Shown in pieces: positions 9,850 through 19,867 of a DNA stretch of 58,475 bases (position 1 is the first letter of the stretch; each line of letters starts with the position of its first letter). The notes under the pieces are model-generated. The model did not search any database. It saw nothing but the letters and a program-made list of their open reading frames with translations, and was not told the DNA's origin. This DNA comes from a virus (taxonomy: Duplodnaviria > Caudoviricetes), in IMG/VR virus record IMGVR_UViG_3300003937_000086, positions 1-58,475 of that record; one strand, written 5' to 3'. A program made the position numbers and the translations under genes.

Positions 9850-11142
9850 ATGAAGACGTTATATCCGAAACAACAAGACGCGCTCGACTTCTTCCTAGCG
9901 AAGCACAAGTTGAATTTAAACTCACTCGACACTAGCCATGTCGGGACGGGCAAGACAGTAGTAGCCGCTCATCTGGCCAAAGCTTTGAATAGACCTGTGG
10001 CGGTCTTGTGTCCGAAGGCGGTGATACCGTCATGGCAACGCGAACTTAAAGAGACTGGCATCGAGCCGCTCTTCGTCCTCAACTACGAGAAGATCAGAAC
10101 GGGCCGAACGGACTTCATGTCCAAGCGCGGCAAGAAGATCATGACATGGAACCTGCCTAAAAACACATTAGTGCTGGTGGATGAGGTTCACAGATGCAAA
10201 GGGCCGTATACGCAGAATGCTCAACTGCTGGTGTCGTTAGTGGCACAAGGCTACTCGATCCATGCGATGAGTGCGACTGCCGCCGAAGACCCAACCGAGA
10301 TGCGGCCAATCGGATACGCATTAGGTCTGCACAATCTCAACAAAGCGGAGGGCGGTGTCAAAAGTTGGTTCGGCTGGATGATGCAATACGGCTGTTCCCA
10401 AAACCAGTGGAATGCATGGGAGCTTCGTCGTAAGACCAAACTCAGTGATCTTAATAAGGTCATGTATGGGAAGAATGTTAAGCGGCTCACGGTTGATGAC
10501 TTCCCTGATTCCTTTAAAGCGAATCGTGTATTCGTGGAGCCGATTGCGTTCGGCTCTGCTGCCAAGATCGCGAAGGCTTATAAAGACCTCGACATCACTC
10601 CTGAGATCATCACGAACCTTTTAGAGAATGGAACCGTTGAGGACAGTGATTGGGTTCTGGTCAATCTGTTACGCGCTCGCCAGCTAGCCGAGTCGCTGAA
10701 GGCCAAAGACATGGCAGACATGGCGAAAGACCATGTCGAGCAGGGCCACAGTGTTGTGCTGTTCGTGAACTTTACGGAGACGGCCCAGACACTACAGCAG
10801 TTGTTGGACTGCCCCGCTATCGTTGGTGGTCAGTCCGCCGAAGAGCGGCAACAGATCATCGATGATTTCCAAGACGATACGGAACACGTCATCGTGGTCA
10901 ACATCGCCGCTGGCGGAACCGGAATCTCGCTGCACGACATCAACGGTAGTAGGCAGCGGATCTCATTGATCTCGCCCACGTTCAATGTCAAAGACCACCT
11001 ACAGGCATTGGGTCGTATCCATCGAAACGGCGCGAAAAGCGACGCCATCCAGAAGATTTTAGTTGCCAGCGATTCGATAGAGGAACACGTTATGCGTGTT
11101 GTCGAAGAGAAGTCGGATAACCTGAACACGCTACATCAATAA
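9850..11142 (+). CDS. Superfamily 2 (SNF2/DEAD-like) helicase
   Basis: GTGKT, DEVH, SAT, GGTGISL, QALGRIHR. Confidence 0.92.
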   Translation: MKTLYPKQQDALDFFLAKHKLNLNSLDTSHVGTGKTVVAAHLAKALNRPVAVLCPKAVIPSWQRELKETGIEPLFVLNYEKIRTGRTDFMSKRGKKIMTWNLPKNTLVLVDEVHRCKGPYTQNAQLLVSLVAQGYSIHAMSATAAEDPTEMRPIGYALGLHNLNKAEGGVKSWFGWMMQYGCSQNQWNAWELRRKTKLSDLNKVMYGKNVKRLTVDDFPDSFKANRVFVEPIAFGSAAKIAKAYKDLDITPEIITNLLENGTVEDSDWVLVNLLRARQLAESLKAKDMADMAKDHVEQGHSVVLFVNFTETAQTLQQLLDCPAIVGGQSAEERQQIIDDFQDDTEHVIVVNIAAGGTGISLHDINGSRQRISLISPTFNVKDHLQALGRIHRNGAKSDAIQKILVASDSIEEHVMRVVEEKSDNLNTLHQ

Positions 11143-11164
11143 TGAGCAGACTAAGGAACATGAT

Positions 11165-11713
11165 ATGAACGAAAAGAATAAGATTAAAAATATCATCCTC
11201 GACTATTGTGAGGGTGACACCGATAAGTATTGGCTTGAATTCCCAAGAGATGATCTTCCTGAAATGGTTGAGAAGATTAAGGAAGCAGTTCTTCATGAGT
11301 TTGAGGATGTGGATCAAATGGATTTCAGCGATCTCCTAAAACTCTGCACCGGATGCAAGGAGACGTTGCTGAAGACCGAATTCAACAAGGATGCCGAAAA
11401 GGAAGACGGGTTGCAGACGCAGTGCCGGAAGTGTAAGCACGCAGCCCAGCGTAGAGACTACCTCAAAAAGAAAGACGTGTATATCGAAAGGCAGAGGAAA
11501 AGGCGCAAGGCCGAGCCTGAGAAAAAGCAAGCGAACGAAGCCGTTCGTCGGGCTATCCGAAAGGGTGTTCTTGTCAGGCCCGAATCTTGCACCGAGTGTG
11601 GGCGGTCCCACATGAGGATCGAAGCGCACCACCACAAAGGCTACGCCAAAGAGGATCGCCTCAACGTAGTATTCCTATGCACATCATGTCACCGCGCAGC
11701 AGAGAATTCATGA
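11165..11713 (+). CDS. Zn-finger plus HNH endonuclease-like protein
   Basis: CTGC...CRKC; CTECG...EAHHH...VVFLCTSCH. Confidence 0.75.
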   Translation: MNEKNKIKNIILDYCEGDTDKYWLEFPRDDLPEMVEKIKEAVLHEFEDVDQMDFSDLLKLCTGCKETLLKTEFNKDAEKEDGLQTQCRKCKHAAQRRDYLKKKDVYIERQRKRRKAEPEKKQANEAVRRAIRKGVLVRPESCTECGRSHMRIEAHHHKGYAKEDRLNVVFLCTSCHRAAENS

Positions 11714-11904
11714 AGATAAAGAAAAAGAAATTAGTTAAATACCTCAAAGAATGGGCCAAGGTCAGCGAGAAAGACGCTGAACAATACAGCGAGTCCGGCG
11801 ACTTCTCACGGGCATACCAGTCCATTATTATTGCGGACTTCATTAAGGACGATCTCATCGACGGGATTGAGTATGACTTCAATAACGATTTAAATGGACA
11901 CTAA
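11710..11904 (+). CDS. Hypothetical protein (64 aa)
   Basis: ATG 11710 overlaps the upstream stop; fills the operon gap. Confidence 0.55.
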   Translation: MKIKKKKLVKYLKEWAKVSEKDAEQYSESGDFSRAYQSIIIADFIKDDLIDGIEYDFNNDLNGH

Positions 11905-12241
11905 AAAACAAATTAAGGGTCTCACCAAATACAAGCGGAACATCGTCGAAAAAGTCTGCTCGCTCGTCGCCGAGGAGTTCTCGGTAGACGAAGAAGACCT
12001 CTTCAAAAAATCCAGAGCCTTCCGATACTCTACTCCTCGATCAGTTGCGGCGGGACTGCTGCGGGTGAACTACGGAATCCAGTATCAGATCCTCGCGGAC
12101 TATTTCGGATACGTCTCGCATAGTAGTATCATCCACGCTGTTAAATCGGTAGACCATAAAATAAAAACTGATCCTGAGATCAGGTCTATTATCCGAAATA
12201 TCTTGAAGAGCGTCGCTAAAGAAATTAAACCTAGTTCTTAA
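11894..12241 (+). CDS. Stand-alone DnaA C-terminal (domain IV) HTH-like protein
   Basis: VAEEFSV...DL..KSR....STPR.VA..L......Y..LADYFG...HSSIIHAVKSV resembles the DnaA domain IV pattern (DHTTVLHA). Confidence 0.75.
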   Translation: MDTKKQIKGLTKYKRNIVEKVCSLVAEEFSVDEEDLFKKSRAFRYSTPRSVAAGLLRVNYGIQYQILADYFGYVSHSSIIHAVKSVDHKIKTDPEIRSIIRNILKSVAKEIKPSS

Positions 12242-12258
12242 CTTTTTACTTAAACATT

Positions 12259-13356
12259 ATGAGTAACCAACCAGACCACCAAAGCAGAGGACACGCAGAG
12301 TTCTCTCCGTCGAGCCTGAAGTATGTAGCCGCCTGCGCTGGCTACCAAGGCCGAGACGGCACGTCACCCGCCGCTGAGATGGGGACGAGAATCCATGAGG
12401 CTCTTGAAGTCTTCGACCCTTCTGCACTCCACACCGAACAGGAACATGAGATCTACGAGCAGATCGTTAAGATGGAGCAGGACTTCATGGATAACTTCGA
12501 CGAGATCGAGGAAGAGCTTAACGAGATCCAAGTTGAGGTTGCCCTAGACGGCACTGAGACATGGGGAACCTGTGACCGATTCTTGATCCTCAAAGGAGGA
12601 AAACGAGCCGTCATGTCTGATTACAAAACCGGAATCAGTATCATCGACCCGCCCGAAAAGAACTGGCAAGCGAAGGCATACACGACCGGAGCGTTCCAGA
12701 AGTATCCCGACATCAAAGAGATCGTTTTTGCGTTTTATGTGCCGCAGCACAATGCGACGCTGCACCACACGTTTACGCGAGATGACCTACCTACTCTGGT
12801 CGAAGACCTTAGCCGAGTCATCAAGGCTGGCGAAGAAGTCAGACCTAAGTGGGAGTCAGGCACACCTGAACTGGAGGAATGCACCCCGACTCAGTATTGC
12901 CGATTCTGTAGGCATGAAGATACCTGTCCCGCACTAGGTGGTCTCGTTATCAGTGTGGCTAAGAAACTCGATACCACTCTACCGGACATCGATCCGACTG
13001 ACGTTGATAATCCGGCCAGACTCTCTGAGCTATACAACATAGCGAAGATCGTGGAGAACTGGTCGATGTCGATTAAACGTAAAACACTCGACGCCCTCAA
13101 AGACGGCGAGCAGCTTGACGGTCTTAAACTCCGCTCGATGGGTAGGACTAGAAAGATCTCCGATAATGCGACTTTTGTAAAAATCGCAAAAAAACATGGA
13201 ATAGATCTGGACACTCTGCTGGATCAAGTTAACTTCCCCCTCGCCAAGGTTGCTAAGAAAGCAGGAGCCGACAGCAAACAACCTTTCCTCGACGAATGCA
13301 CAGATGCAGGAATCGTAGAAACATCAGACGAGCGGCACTGTGTCGCGACTCAATAA
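12259..13356 (+). CDS. Cas4-like PD-(D/E)xK exonuclease (DUF2800 type)
   Basis: HAEFSPSS...C, GTRIHE, GTCD, DYKTG, Q..AY, CRFC....CP. Confidence 0.85.
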   Translation: MSNQPDHQSRGHAEFSPSSLKYVAACAGYQGRDGTSPAAEMGTRIHEALEVFDPSALHTEQEHEIYEQIVKMEQDFMDNFDEIEEELNEIQVEVALDGTETWGTCDRFLILKGGKRAVMSDYKTGISIIDPPEKNWQAKAYTTGAFQKYPDIKEIVFAFYVPQHNATLHHTFTRDDLPTLVEDLSRVIKAGEEVRPKWESGTPELEECTPTQYCRFCRHEDTCPALGGLVISVAKKLDTTLPDIDPTDVDNPARLSELYNIAKIVENWSMSIKRKTLDALKDGEQLDGLKLRSMGRTRKISDNATFVKIAKKHGIDLDTLLDQVNFPLAKVAKKAGADSKQPFLDECTDAGIVETSDERHCVATQ

Positions 13357-13377
13357 ACCAAACCAATAATTGATATT

Positions 13378-14034
13378 ATGGCTAAAACCCAAAAGCAAGA
13401 AGTCGTTGCTGCTGAGACCAACACTGGTCTCTCCACCAACGTAAGCGGAATCGAAATCGACGTAGAGGACATCGAGATTCCACGTATTAACGTCTGTCAA
13501 AAGATGTCTCAGTCTGACGCTCCAGTCGGATCGATTCTCTTCGATAAGACATACGAGATCGCCCCACCGGACACTCCGGTTAAGACGATCACCGTAGCTG
13601 CCCAGAAGGGCTGGCGGGAGAACATCCCTTTCGAGGAAGAGGATATCCCCCGCATCGCTTGGTCTAAATCCGAAGCCGACGCTATTGAAGCAGAGTCTAA
13701 TTGGGACATGACTGAGTTCGCCGAGATCACTCTCCTCATGCGCCAGCCTGAAGGTAGTGAAGAAGGCGATGCGTTCCAGTTGCCAATCGGCGACCACAAC
13801 TACGCATTGGGCAAGATCAACGTAGGGAAGAACGCATACCGTTCAACCTACAAGCGTCTTGCGACATTCGCGGCTCTCCAGTCTGGAGTTCCTATTCATA
13901 GCAAAGTTTGGAACTTCGTTTCTGAAGAACTAAGCAAGGGCAAGTATACTTGGTTTAATCCGTCACTCAGCGTGACTAAGGAAGAAACCGATGAGGATGT
14001 CATCGCCTTTGTTAAAAACTTTCTCGGAGCGTAG
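13378..14034 (+). CDS. Putative ssDNA-binding/annealing protein
   Basis: DIEIPRINVCQKMS N-terminus; position between the exonuclease and the polymerase. Confidence 0.6.
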   Translation: MAKTQKQEVVAAETNTGLSTNVSGIEIDVEDIEIPRINVCQKMSQSDAPVGSILFDKTYEIAPPDTPVKTITVAAQKGWRENIPFEEEDIPRIAWSKSEADAIEAESNWDMTEFAEITLLMRQPEGSEEGDAFQLPIGDHNYALGKINVGKNAYRSTYKRLATFAALQSGVPIHSKVWNFVSEELSKGKYTWFNPSLSVTKEETDEDVIAFVKNFLGA

Positions 14035-14036
14035 TT

Positions 14037-14225
14037 ATGACTGACCAAGAGAAAGAACAAAAAACCCGTGATCTCCTGCTTGAAGAGATCGCGATGCTCG
14101 ACGGCATGATCGCTGAAGTCGAGGATCAACTCTCGCAAGTCGGGAGCAACTTGAGAAAGTTGCGGGTAGTTCGGGAGGCACTCCAGCACGTTACTGGCGA
14201 GCAGACTGAATTGGAATTGGACTAG
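14037..14225 (+). CDS. Small coiled-coil protein
   Basis: 62-aa heptad-rich ORF within the operon. Confidence 0.65.
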   Translation: MTDQEKEQKTRDLLLEEIAMLDGMIAEVEDQLSQVGSNLRKLRVVREALQHVTGEQTELELD

Positions 14226-14251
14226 GGATACTAGTAACACTAGTAGGATAC

Positions 14252-14298
14252 AAGCCCACCGCAGAGTTTTTCAGTCTTTCCTTTGCGGTGGGCTTTTT
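14252..14298 (+). terminator. Intrinsic terminator
   Basis: AAGCCCACCGCA...TGCGGTGGGCTT stem followed by a T run. Confidence 0.7.
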
Positions 14299-14318
14299 CT
14301 GCTCACAAATATACTTAT

Positions 14319-16076
14319 ATGATTACATACGCATTAGATTTTGAAACCTACTACGACAAGCACTGCTCGATACGAAAGCTTGGCCCGTTAGGTTACTTTT
14401 CCCATTACGACTTCGACGCCTATATGGTGAGCGTTGTCGGAGATGACGGCTACGAATGGGTTGGCCACCCCGAAGATTTTGACTGGAACCTGCTTAACGG
14501 CAATATCGTTCTGTCACATAACGCATCATTCGATGAAACACTTTACCTATATGGGATCAACTGCGGTTGGTGGCCGGAGGTGAAACCAGCCGAGTGGCAT
14601 TGCACCGCCGACATGGCCGCTGCGGTCGGCTTGCCGAGATCGCTGAAGAACTCAACTGCCGAAGCTTTCGATCTGGAGATCTCCAAATCCACCCGCGATA
14701 ATATGTCAGGTAAGACGTGGGTGGGTATGACTAAAGAGTTCCAGAAGGAAGTAGAGGAATACGCCATCAAGGACTCCGTCCTCTGCCTCCGTCTATGGAA
14801 GGCTTATGAGTCTAAATGGTCGCAGTTTGAGCGGGACATCAGCGTCACGAACCGACGCATCGTCCAGAGGGGAATCCCGATTGACGTGGACGATCTACGC
14901 AAAGCTAAGGAGACCATCAACGAACTTATCTTTGAAACGGAGAAGGCGATTCCTTGGGCGGACGAGAAACCTTTACTTAGCCGTAAAGCGTTCGACGAAC
15001 ACTGCATCAATCTCGGCATCGAGCCACCTGCCTCTCTCGCTAAAACTGATGTAGATGCCCAGCGGTGGATACTGGCTCATGGTCACAAATATAAATGGAT
15101 CGAGGCCGTGACGAACTGGCGTCGTATCAACACGATCAAGAAGAAGCTCGATAGCTTCGACTGCGCGACAATGCCGGACAACCGATACTACGGCGGCATC
15201 ATGTATTTCGGCGGACACACCGGACGCTTCAGCGGTAGCGGCGGTAACCTTAATCTCCAGAACTTGCCGAGAGAAGGTATGTTCGGGGTCAATATGCGTA
15301 ACCTTATTACTGCACCTAAAGGTAAGAAGCTAGTCGTCGTTGACCTCTCTCAGATCGAAGTCCGCACTCTTTGCTGGCTATCGGGCGACCGAGATACGAT
15401 GGACGCAATCGAAGAGTCGGACGATATCTACGAAGCGTTCGCGATCCAGTTCGGACTGTGGTCTGAAGATAAAGGAGTCCTGAAGAAGGAGGACGCCAAG
15501 CTGAGACATAAAGTCAAGGCTCTCGTATTGGGCTGCGGCTACGGTGCGGGTGCAAAACGGTTCGCTGAGATGTACGATATGCCCCAGCAAGAAGCCCAAG
15601 ACGCTGTGGATCTTTACCGAACCAAGCTCGCTAAGGTTCCCCAATACTGGAAGAAACTCGGCAAACAAGTCGATAAAGCATACGACGTAGGTCGCCTGTC
15701 TCTGCCGCTACCGTCTGGTAGGTCTCTTAACTATGGGAATCTACGCAAGACTCTGGCTCAAGGACGCATCCAGTTTGTTTCCAGCATCAACCGGAACGGC
15801 CAGAAACGCATCATGAAACTATGGGGTGGAGTCCTCGCTGAGAATCTCTCACAGGCTCTGGCCAGAGATATTTTCAGTTTCATGATGTTAGAGATCGACA
15901 AGGCTGGCATAGACATTATCTTCCATGTTCACGATGAAGTGATCTGCGAGTGTGACGAAGCCGAAGCCGAAGAAACCCTACAAAAAATTACTCAAATTAT
16001 GTCCACTCCTCCTGAGTGGATTAGCGATATCCCTCTGGATGCGGAGGGAGAAATTCTAACCCAATACCAAAAATAA
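14319..16076 (+). CDS. DNA polymerase, family A, with 3'-5' exonuclease
   Basis: LDFETY, HNASFD, YA..D; HTGRFSG, NLQNLP, DLSQIEVR, R..VKALVLGCGYG, VHDE; likely start ATG 14319. Confidence 0.95.
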   Translation: MITYALDFETYYDKHCSIRKLGPLGYFSHYDFDAYMVSVVGDDGYEWVGHPEDFDWNLLNGNIVLSHNASFDETLYLYGINCGWWPEVKPAEWHCTADMAAAVGLPRSLKNSTAEAFDLEISKSTRDNMSGKTWVGMTKEFQKEVEEYAIKDSVLCLRLWKAYESKWSQFERDISVTNRRIVQRGIPIDVDDLRKAKETINELIFETEKAIPWADEKPLLSRKAFDEHCINLGIEPPASLAKTDVDAQRWILAHGHKYKWIEAVTNWRRINTIKKKLDSFDCATMPDNRYYGGIMYFGGHTGRFSGSGGNLNLQNLPREGMFGVNMRNLITAPKGKKLVVVDLSQIEVRTLCWLSGDRDTMDAIEESDDIYEAFAIQFGLWSEDKGVLKKEDAKLRHKVKALVLGCGYGAGAKRFAEMYDMPQQEAQDAVDLYRTKLAKVPQYWKKLGKQVDKAYDVGRLSLPLPSGRSLNYGNLRKTLAQGRIQFVSSINRNGQKRIMKLWGGVLAENLSQALARDIFSFMMLEIDKAGIDIIFHVHDEVICECDEAEAEETLQKITQIMSTPPEWISDIPLDAEGEILTQYQK

Positions 16077-18271
16077 TGACCTACAGATATTTGCGTAACC
16101 TACGCGACAGCAAAGCCCAGAAAACAAGCGAACTCGATAACCTTAATCTAAAGAAACCATCATTTAAGAATAAAGCGGACTACCGAGAATGGTGCAGTAA
16201 CAATAATACTGACCACGTATTCTATTCTTGTGTCGAAGGACGCGCCCCATCAAAACGAGTCAGCAACGACAATCCGGTTCACAAAATCCACGGTGTAGTA
16301 GCTGACTACGACTCACCCCTCGATTGGAAATCTTTTCGGAATAAGTTGGCCAACGCTTGTGTGGGTATACCACTCCCCACGTGGGCTAGCCGAACTCAAA
16401 GTGGTTACCTCCGACTAGTTTGGGAATTTGATTCGTCCATACCGATTGACCCCTCTATGTATGACTCGTTCATGGGTTATATCAACAAGTCGCTGAAGAT
16501 GGATAAACTCTTTGCTGGTTTCGATAAGACTTCATTAAAACCCAATCAATATTTTGAGTTAGGTGAAGACTGGATTAAAACAGGAGACGAGATCCCGACA
16601 GACGTGGTCCATGCCTGCCTGTCTAAGGCTGTGTCATCAAAACCGCCGGAATCTTCAGATACATCGGTTCCCCTAGACGTGGTTGCACCGGAAGTCGAAT
16701 CCCGATTCCCGAACCGCTGGTTCGGTGAGTTTGAAGTAGGAGCCAGAGGCCCGTTGTTCTGGATCGATGATGGAATCGACCGAGACGGTTGTCAGGTCGT
16801 GGAGGACGGCGTTGTGTGTTACAGCGACCGTGCTGGTAAAGGGTTCATGAGTTGGGGAGATATCTTCGGCGGTTCGTTCGTCAAAGACTACGAGACCAAG
16901 AAGCTGTCTACCCTACTCGACGAGTACTGGTTCAATGGTAAGACCTTCTTCAAGCTCCTATACGGAAACGCCGTGTCGATACCGAAGGAGCAACTCCTGC
17001 TAGAGCTTCGGCAAGCGGGGTTCTCTGTCAGGGTCAGGAGAGGTAGGGCGATCAGCGAGGTGGAGGAAGCTCTCCTCACGGTGAGCAACAACAACCGTAT
17101 CGACGAGATCGCACCTGTTGTGTTCTCAAGCGAACGTATTGTGTCCTACAATGCTACCCGTATTCTCAACTGCTCTAACCTAGTTCCGGTGGAGCCAGAC
17201 TCAGACGGAGATCCAGCCAAGTGGCCGTTCCTGCACCAATGGCTGAATCAGCTATTCGCGAATAGCTCAAAGAACTCCGCCTTAGATTATTTTTACTCAT
17301 GGATGCAGCGTTTCTACACTGCGGTTTTGGATAGGGTTCCCTTACAGGGACAAGCTCTGCTGCTGGTCGGGCCGACAGGTCGCGGCAAGTCGCTATTGTC
17401 GAACAAAATTATCAGTGGCCTTGTAGGGGGTTTCTCTGATGCGTCTGACTACCTGTCAGGTCAGACGAAGTTCAACAAAGACTTAGGTCGTGTCGCCTCA
17501 TGGGTTATTGACGATACGACCTCAGCAGCTAGCTTTCAAGACCAGAGACGTGCGACCGAACTGCTCAAGCGTGCGGTAGCCAATCCAAGAGTCGAGTATA
17601 TGGCCAAGTATGCGGACGCCATGTCTATTCCTTGGACAGGTAGAGTTATTCTGTCGCTGAACATGGACGCCAACTCGCTGTCAGTGATCCCGTCTCTGGA
17701 TACCAGTAACCGCGATAAGCTCATGGCTTTGTTGATTAGCAATAAGTCCACTAATAGTTTTCCGGCTAACTCTCAGCTAGAGGCTACCATCGAACAAGAG
17801 CTGCCGCACTTCGGTAAGTTCCTGCTCGACTGGAAGGTTCCCAAAGAGGTCGAGGACGTTGGTCGGTTCGGTGTGCAGTCATTCATCGACCCCACCATCG
17901 CGGACGCCGCTTACGACAACAGTAGTCGCAGTTCCATCGCGGAGTTGGTCGAGTTCTTCGCCAAGCGTTGCCGTGAGATTCACCCTGACATGGGTAAATG
18001 GAGCGGGACTCTGACTGAGTTTCAGGTGATGGTGCATGAACTAAACAACGGTCGTGACGTTGGTTCTTCCCGTAATCTGGAGTTCTGCCGACGAGGCATG
18101 ATCACTCTGGAAGAAGCTAGTCGGGTCAATAACAAGATCCGTCCCGTCATGTCCCAAGGACAGGGCGGCGGTAAATTATGGAGTATTGATCTCAGCGAGA
18201 ATTACGATATAGGTTATGCAGCGGATGACAAACGAGGACATTCAGATAAAGAGGCAGGAGCTTTGCGGTGA
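16076..18271 (+). CDS. Primase-helicase (N-terminal primase-like domain plus SF3/DUF5906-like NTPase)
   Basis: VVADYD and T.SG..RL.W in the N-terminus; GPTGRGKS, WVIDD, LSLN in the C-terminal domain. Confidence 0.8.
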   Translation: MTYRYLRNLRDSKAQKTSELDNLNLKKPSFKNKADYREWCSNNNTDHVFYSCVEGRAPSKRVSNDNPVHKIHGVVADYDSPLDWKSFRNKLANACVGIPLPTWASRTQSGYLRLVWEFDSSIPIDPSMYDSFMGYINKSLKMDKLFAGFDKTSLKPNQYFELGEDWIKTGDEIPTDVVHACLSKAVSSKPPESSDTSVPLDVVAPEVESRFPNRWFGEFEVGARGPLFWIDDGIDRDGCQVVEDGVVCYSDRAGKGFMSWGDIFGGSFVKDYETKKLSTLLDEYWFNGKTFFKLLYGNAVSIPKEQLLLELRQAGFSVRVRRGRAISEVEEALLTVSNNNRIDEIAPVVFSSERIVSYNATRILNCSNLVPVEPDSDGDPAKWPFLHQWLNQLFANSSKNSALDYFYSWMQRFYTAVLDRVPLQGQALLLVGPTGRGKSLLSNKIISGLVGGFSDASDYLSGQTKFNKDLGRVASWVIDDTTSAASFQDQRRATELLKRAVANPRVEYMAKYADAMSIPWTGRVILSLNMDANSLSVIPSLDTSNRDKLMALLISNKSTNSFPANSQLEATIEQELPHFGKFLLDWKVPKEVEDVGRFGVQSFIDPTIADAAYDNSSRSSIAELVEFFAKRCREIHPDMGKWSGTLTEFQVMVHELNNGRDVGSSRNLEFCRRGMITLEEASRVNNKIRPVMSQGQGGGKLWSIDLSENYDIGYAADDKRGHSDKEAGALR

Positions 18272-18452
18272 GTTCTGGTTAGACCTGCGTGAAGCGATAG
18301 AGGCTGTGGGGGGAGACCCATCTACCATAGACCTCTACGCGGATGCCCCGCTGAGTGAGTTTATCGAACTCGTCGCGCCAAACGGAATAAGGCCCATCTT
18401 TAAAAATACGGGTCATATTCACCACAAAAAACTACCGCCGGAGGAAGAATGA
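18225..18452 (+). CDS. Hypothetical protein, last gene of the replication operon
   Basis: ORF overlaps the primase end and converges with the late operon. Confidence 0.55.
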   Translation: MTNEDIQIKRQELCGEFWLDLREAIEAVGGDPSTIDLYADAPLSEFIELVAPNGIRPIFKNTGHIHHKKLPPEEE

Positions 18453-18950
18453 CTCGAAAGCGTCGGGCCGACGGGTCTTCTTAATCTCGATATTGTATCC
18501 GTCGGCCTTGAAGCGGAACCCGTCTTTGTCGTGAGTCCCTCTCTTGTTGAATCGTTTTTTGTGGATGATCGTCTTCTTGGGCGTCCACCCACAGAGCCAC
18601 ACCTTCCGTAGACCTTTGTGGACTCGCATGAAGAAGTATACGTCGGCCTCAAACTTGCTGAACTTAGTGCTGACTACTGAGGCGTTGTATTCCAGCTTAG
18701 GTGGGGTGTTGCAGCTCTTAGCCTTAACGTCAACCTTGAGACCTTTGTATTCGTAGTCGTGGGTGTAGGACTTGTCGCCGACGTAGTCGAACTGCTTGAA
18801 GGTATTCTCGAAAGCGACCTCACCTAAGAAGCCTGTCATGTTGCCTTTGCCGTTCGTGAACGATGTCCTTAACTCTCCTAAAGCGTCGGATCTCCGGCAC
18901 GCTTCCGCGACATCTTCAGGAGTAGGTTTGTATAGTATGAATCGACTCAT
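18432..18950 (-). CDS. Putative PD-(D/E)xK fold nuclease
   Basis: G.LGEVAF...HDY......VDVKAK...DVYFF......WLCGW. Confidence 0.65.
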   Translation of the reverse strand: MSRFILYKPTPEDVAEACRRSDALGELRTSFTNGKGNMTGFLGEVAFENTFKQFDYVGDKSYTHDYEYKGLKVDVKAKSCNTPPKLEYNASVVSTKFSKFEADVYFFMRVHKGLRKVWLCGWTPKKTIIHKKRFNKRGTHDKDGFRFKADGYNIEIKKTRRPDAFESFFLRR

Positions 18951-19228
18951 GATTTGCGCTTACGCGCTTTCTTCAGGAGCCTTTTTTTGCTCCTGTATCT
19001 CGCAGTCTTCTCCGCGATCTTCTTAGGCTGCTTGACGTGCTGCTTGCCTTTCCGCATACCTTTCCGCTTCTTGCGACTGGTTCGGGCATATTCCTCGTCA
19101 GTCAAAGCCTCACGCGCAGCCTTTGGCAAATATCGCTCTCCCGTTTTGAGTGAAGGCTTTCCAGACTTGGTTCCCCATTTCTCATCAGTCCAATTATCGA
19201 GAGATTTTTGTGAAGCTTTCTTAGGCAT
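18947..19228 (-). CDS. Small basic protein (DUF5872-like, C-terminal half)
   Basis: SQKSL..WT.EKWGTKSGK....GERYLPKAA..AL...EYA.T..KK. Confidence 0.75.
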   Translation of the reverse strand: MPKKASQKSLDNWTDEKWGTKSGKPSLKTGERYLPKAAREALTDEEYARTSRKKRKGMRKGKQHVKQPKKIAEKTARYRSKKRLLKKARKRKS

Positions 19229-19404
19229 TAGTAACCGGATTGGGGTTTAGATCGTTTACGGATAATCTTCTTAGCCTTCTTCTTGGTAGACGGCTTAGTG
19301 TGGCCGTAGCCTTTCTTCTTCATGGCAAGGTGCTGCTCGTAGGTGTTAGCCTTGTAGCCTTTACCAGACTTATCGTACATCATGTGTGGTTTAAAATCCT
19401 TCAT
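19228..19404 (-). CDS. Small basic protein (58 aa)
   Basis: ATG 19404 (MKDFKPHMMYD...HLAMKKKGY.H) in TAATG overlaps with both neighbours. Confidence 0.7.
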   Translation of the reverse strand: MKDFKPHMMYDKSGKGYKANTYEQHLAMKKKGYGHTKPSTKKKAKKIIRKRSKPQSGY

Positions 19405-19583
19405 TAGTCTCTGTATCCTCCTCCGTTTTTCTTGTATCTTGCTGCTAATAGCTGTGCTTTTCGTGCGGACCATTGGCCAGCTTTACCGCCTTTGGTTCCG
19501 GCCTTGATTGAGTTAAATAAACGCTTCCTCATCGTAGGCTTCGTGTAGTTGCCTGCCTCGTTGACCTTTGATTTCTTTTTCAT
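19404..19583 (-). CDS. Small basic protein (DUF5872-like, N-terminal half), 59 aa, absent from the ORF track
   Basis: MKKKSKVNEAGNYTKPTMRKRLFNSIKAGTKGGKAGQWSARKAQLLAARYKKNGGGYRD. Confidence 0.8.
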   Translation of the reverse strand: MKKKSKVNEAGNYTKPTMRKRLFNSIKAGTKGGKAGQWSARKAQLLAARYKKNGGGYRD

Positions 19584-19867
19584 TTTAGGCGTTTAAGGAT
19601 TCGTTCGTAGGCTGGAAAGAAGACCTCGTCGATGCATCGGACACAGGCTTCCTCTTCAAAGTTCTCGCAGAACGAGATACCAGCGATGTGGAAGGCGGCG
19701 TGTAGCATTTCATGACGTAAGGTCGGGATGATTTCGTGTTCTGGTAGCTTGTTGTGTAACTGGATTATCCGCTTCTCATGAAGATACTGACCGTAACAGT
19801 CCTCTAACTCAGTCTTGTGGATCTTGATCCGCTGACCTGCAATCGTGACTGATTTTAGGGATTTCAC
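19580..19867 (-). CDS. Small zincin-like metallopeptidase
   Basis: YGQY....IIQL...TLRHEMLHA...EE. Confidence 0.75.
   Translation of the reverse strand: MKSLKSVTIAGQRIKIHKTELEDCYGQYLHEKRIIQLHNKLPEHEIIPTLRHEMLHAAFHIAGISFCENFEEEACVRCIDEVFFPAYERILKRLK

Noticed and set aside
12259-13356. Cas4 as evidence for a CRISPR system
   Set aside because: It is a stand-alone DUF2800-type nuclease in its usual replication context
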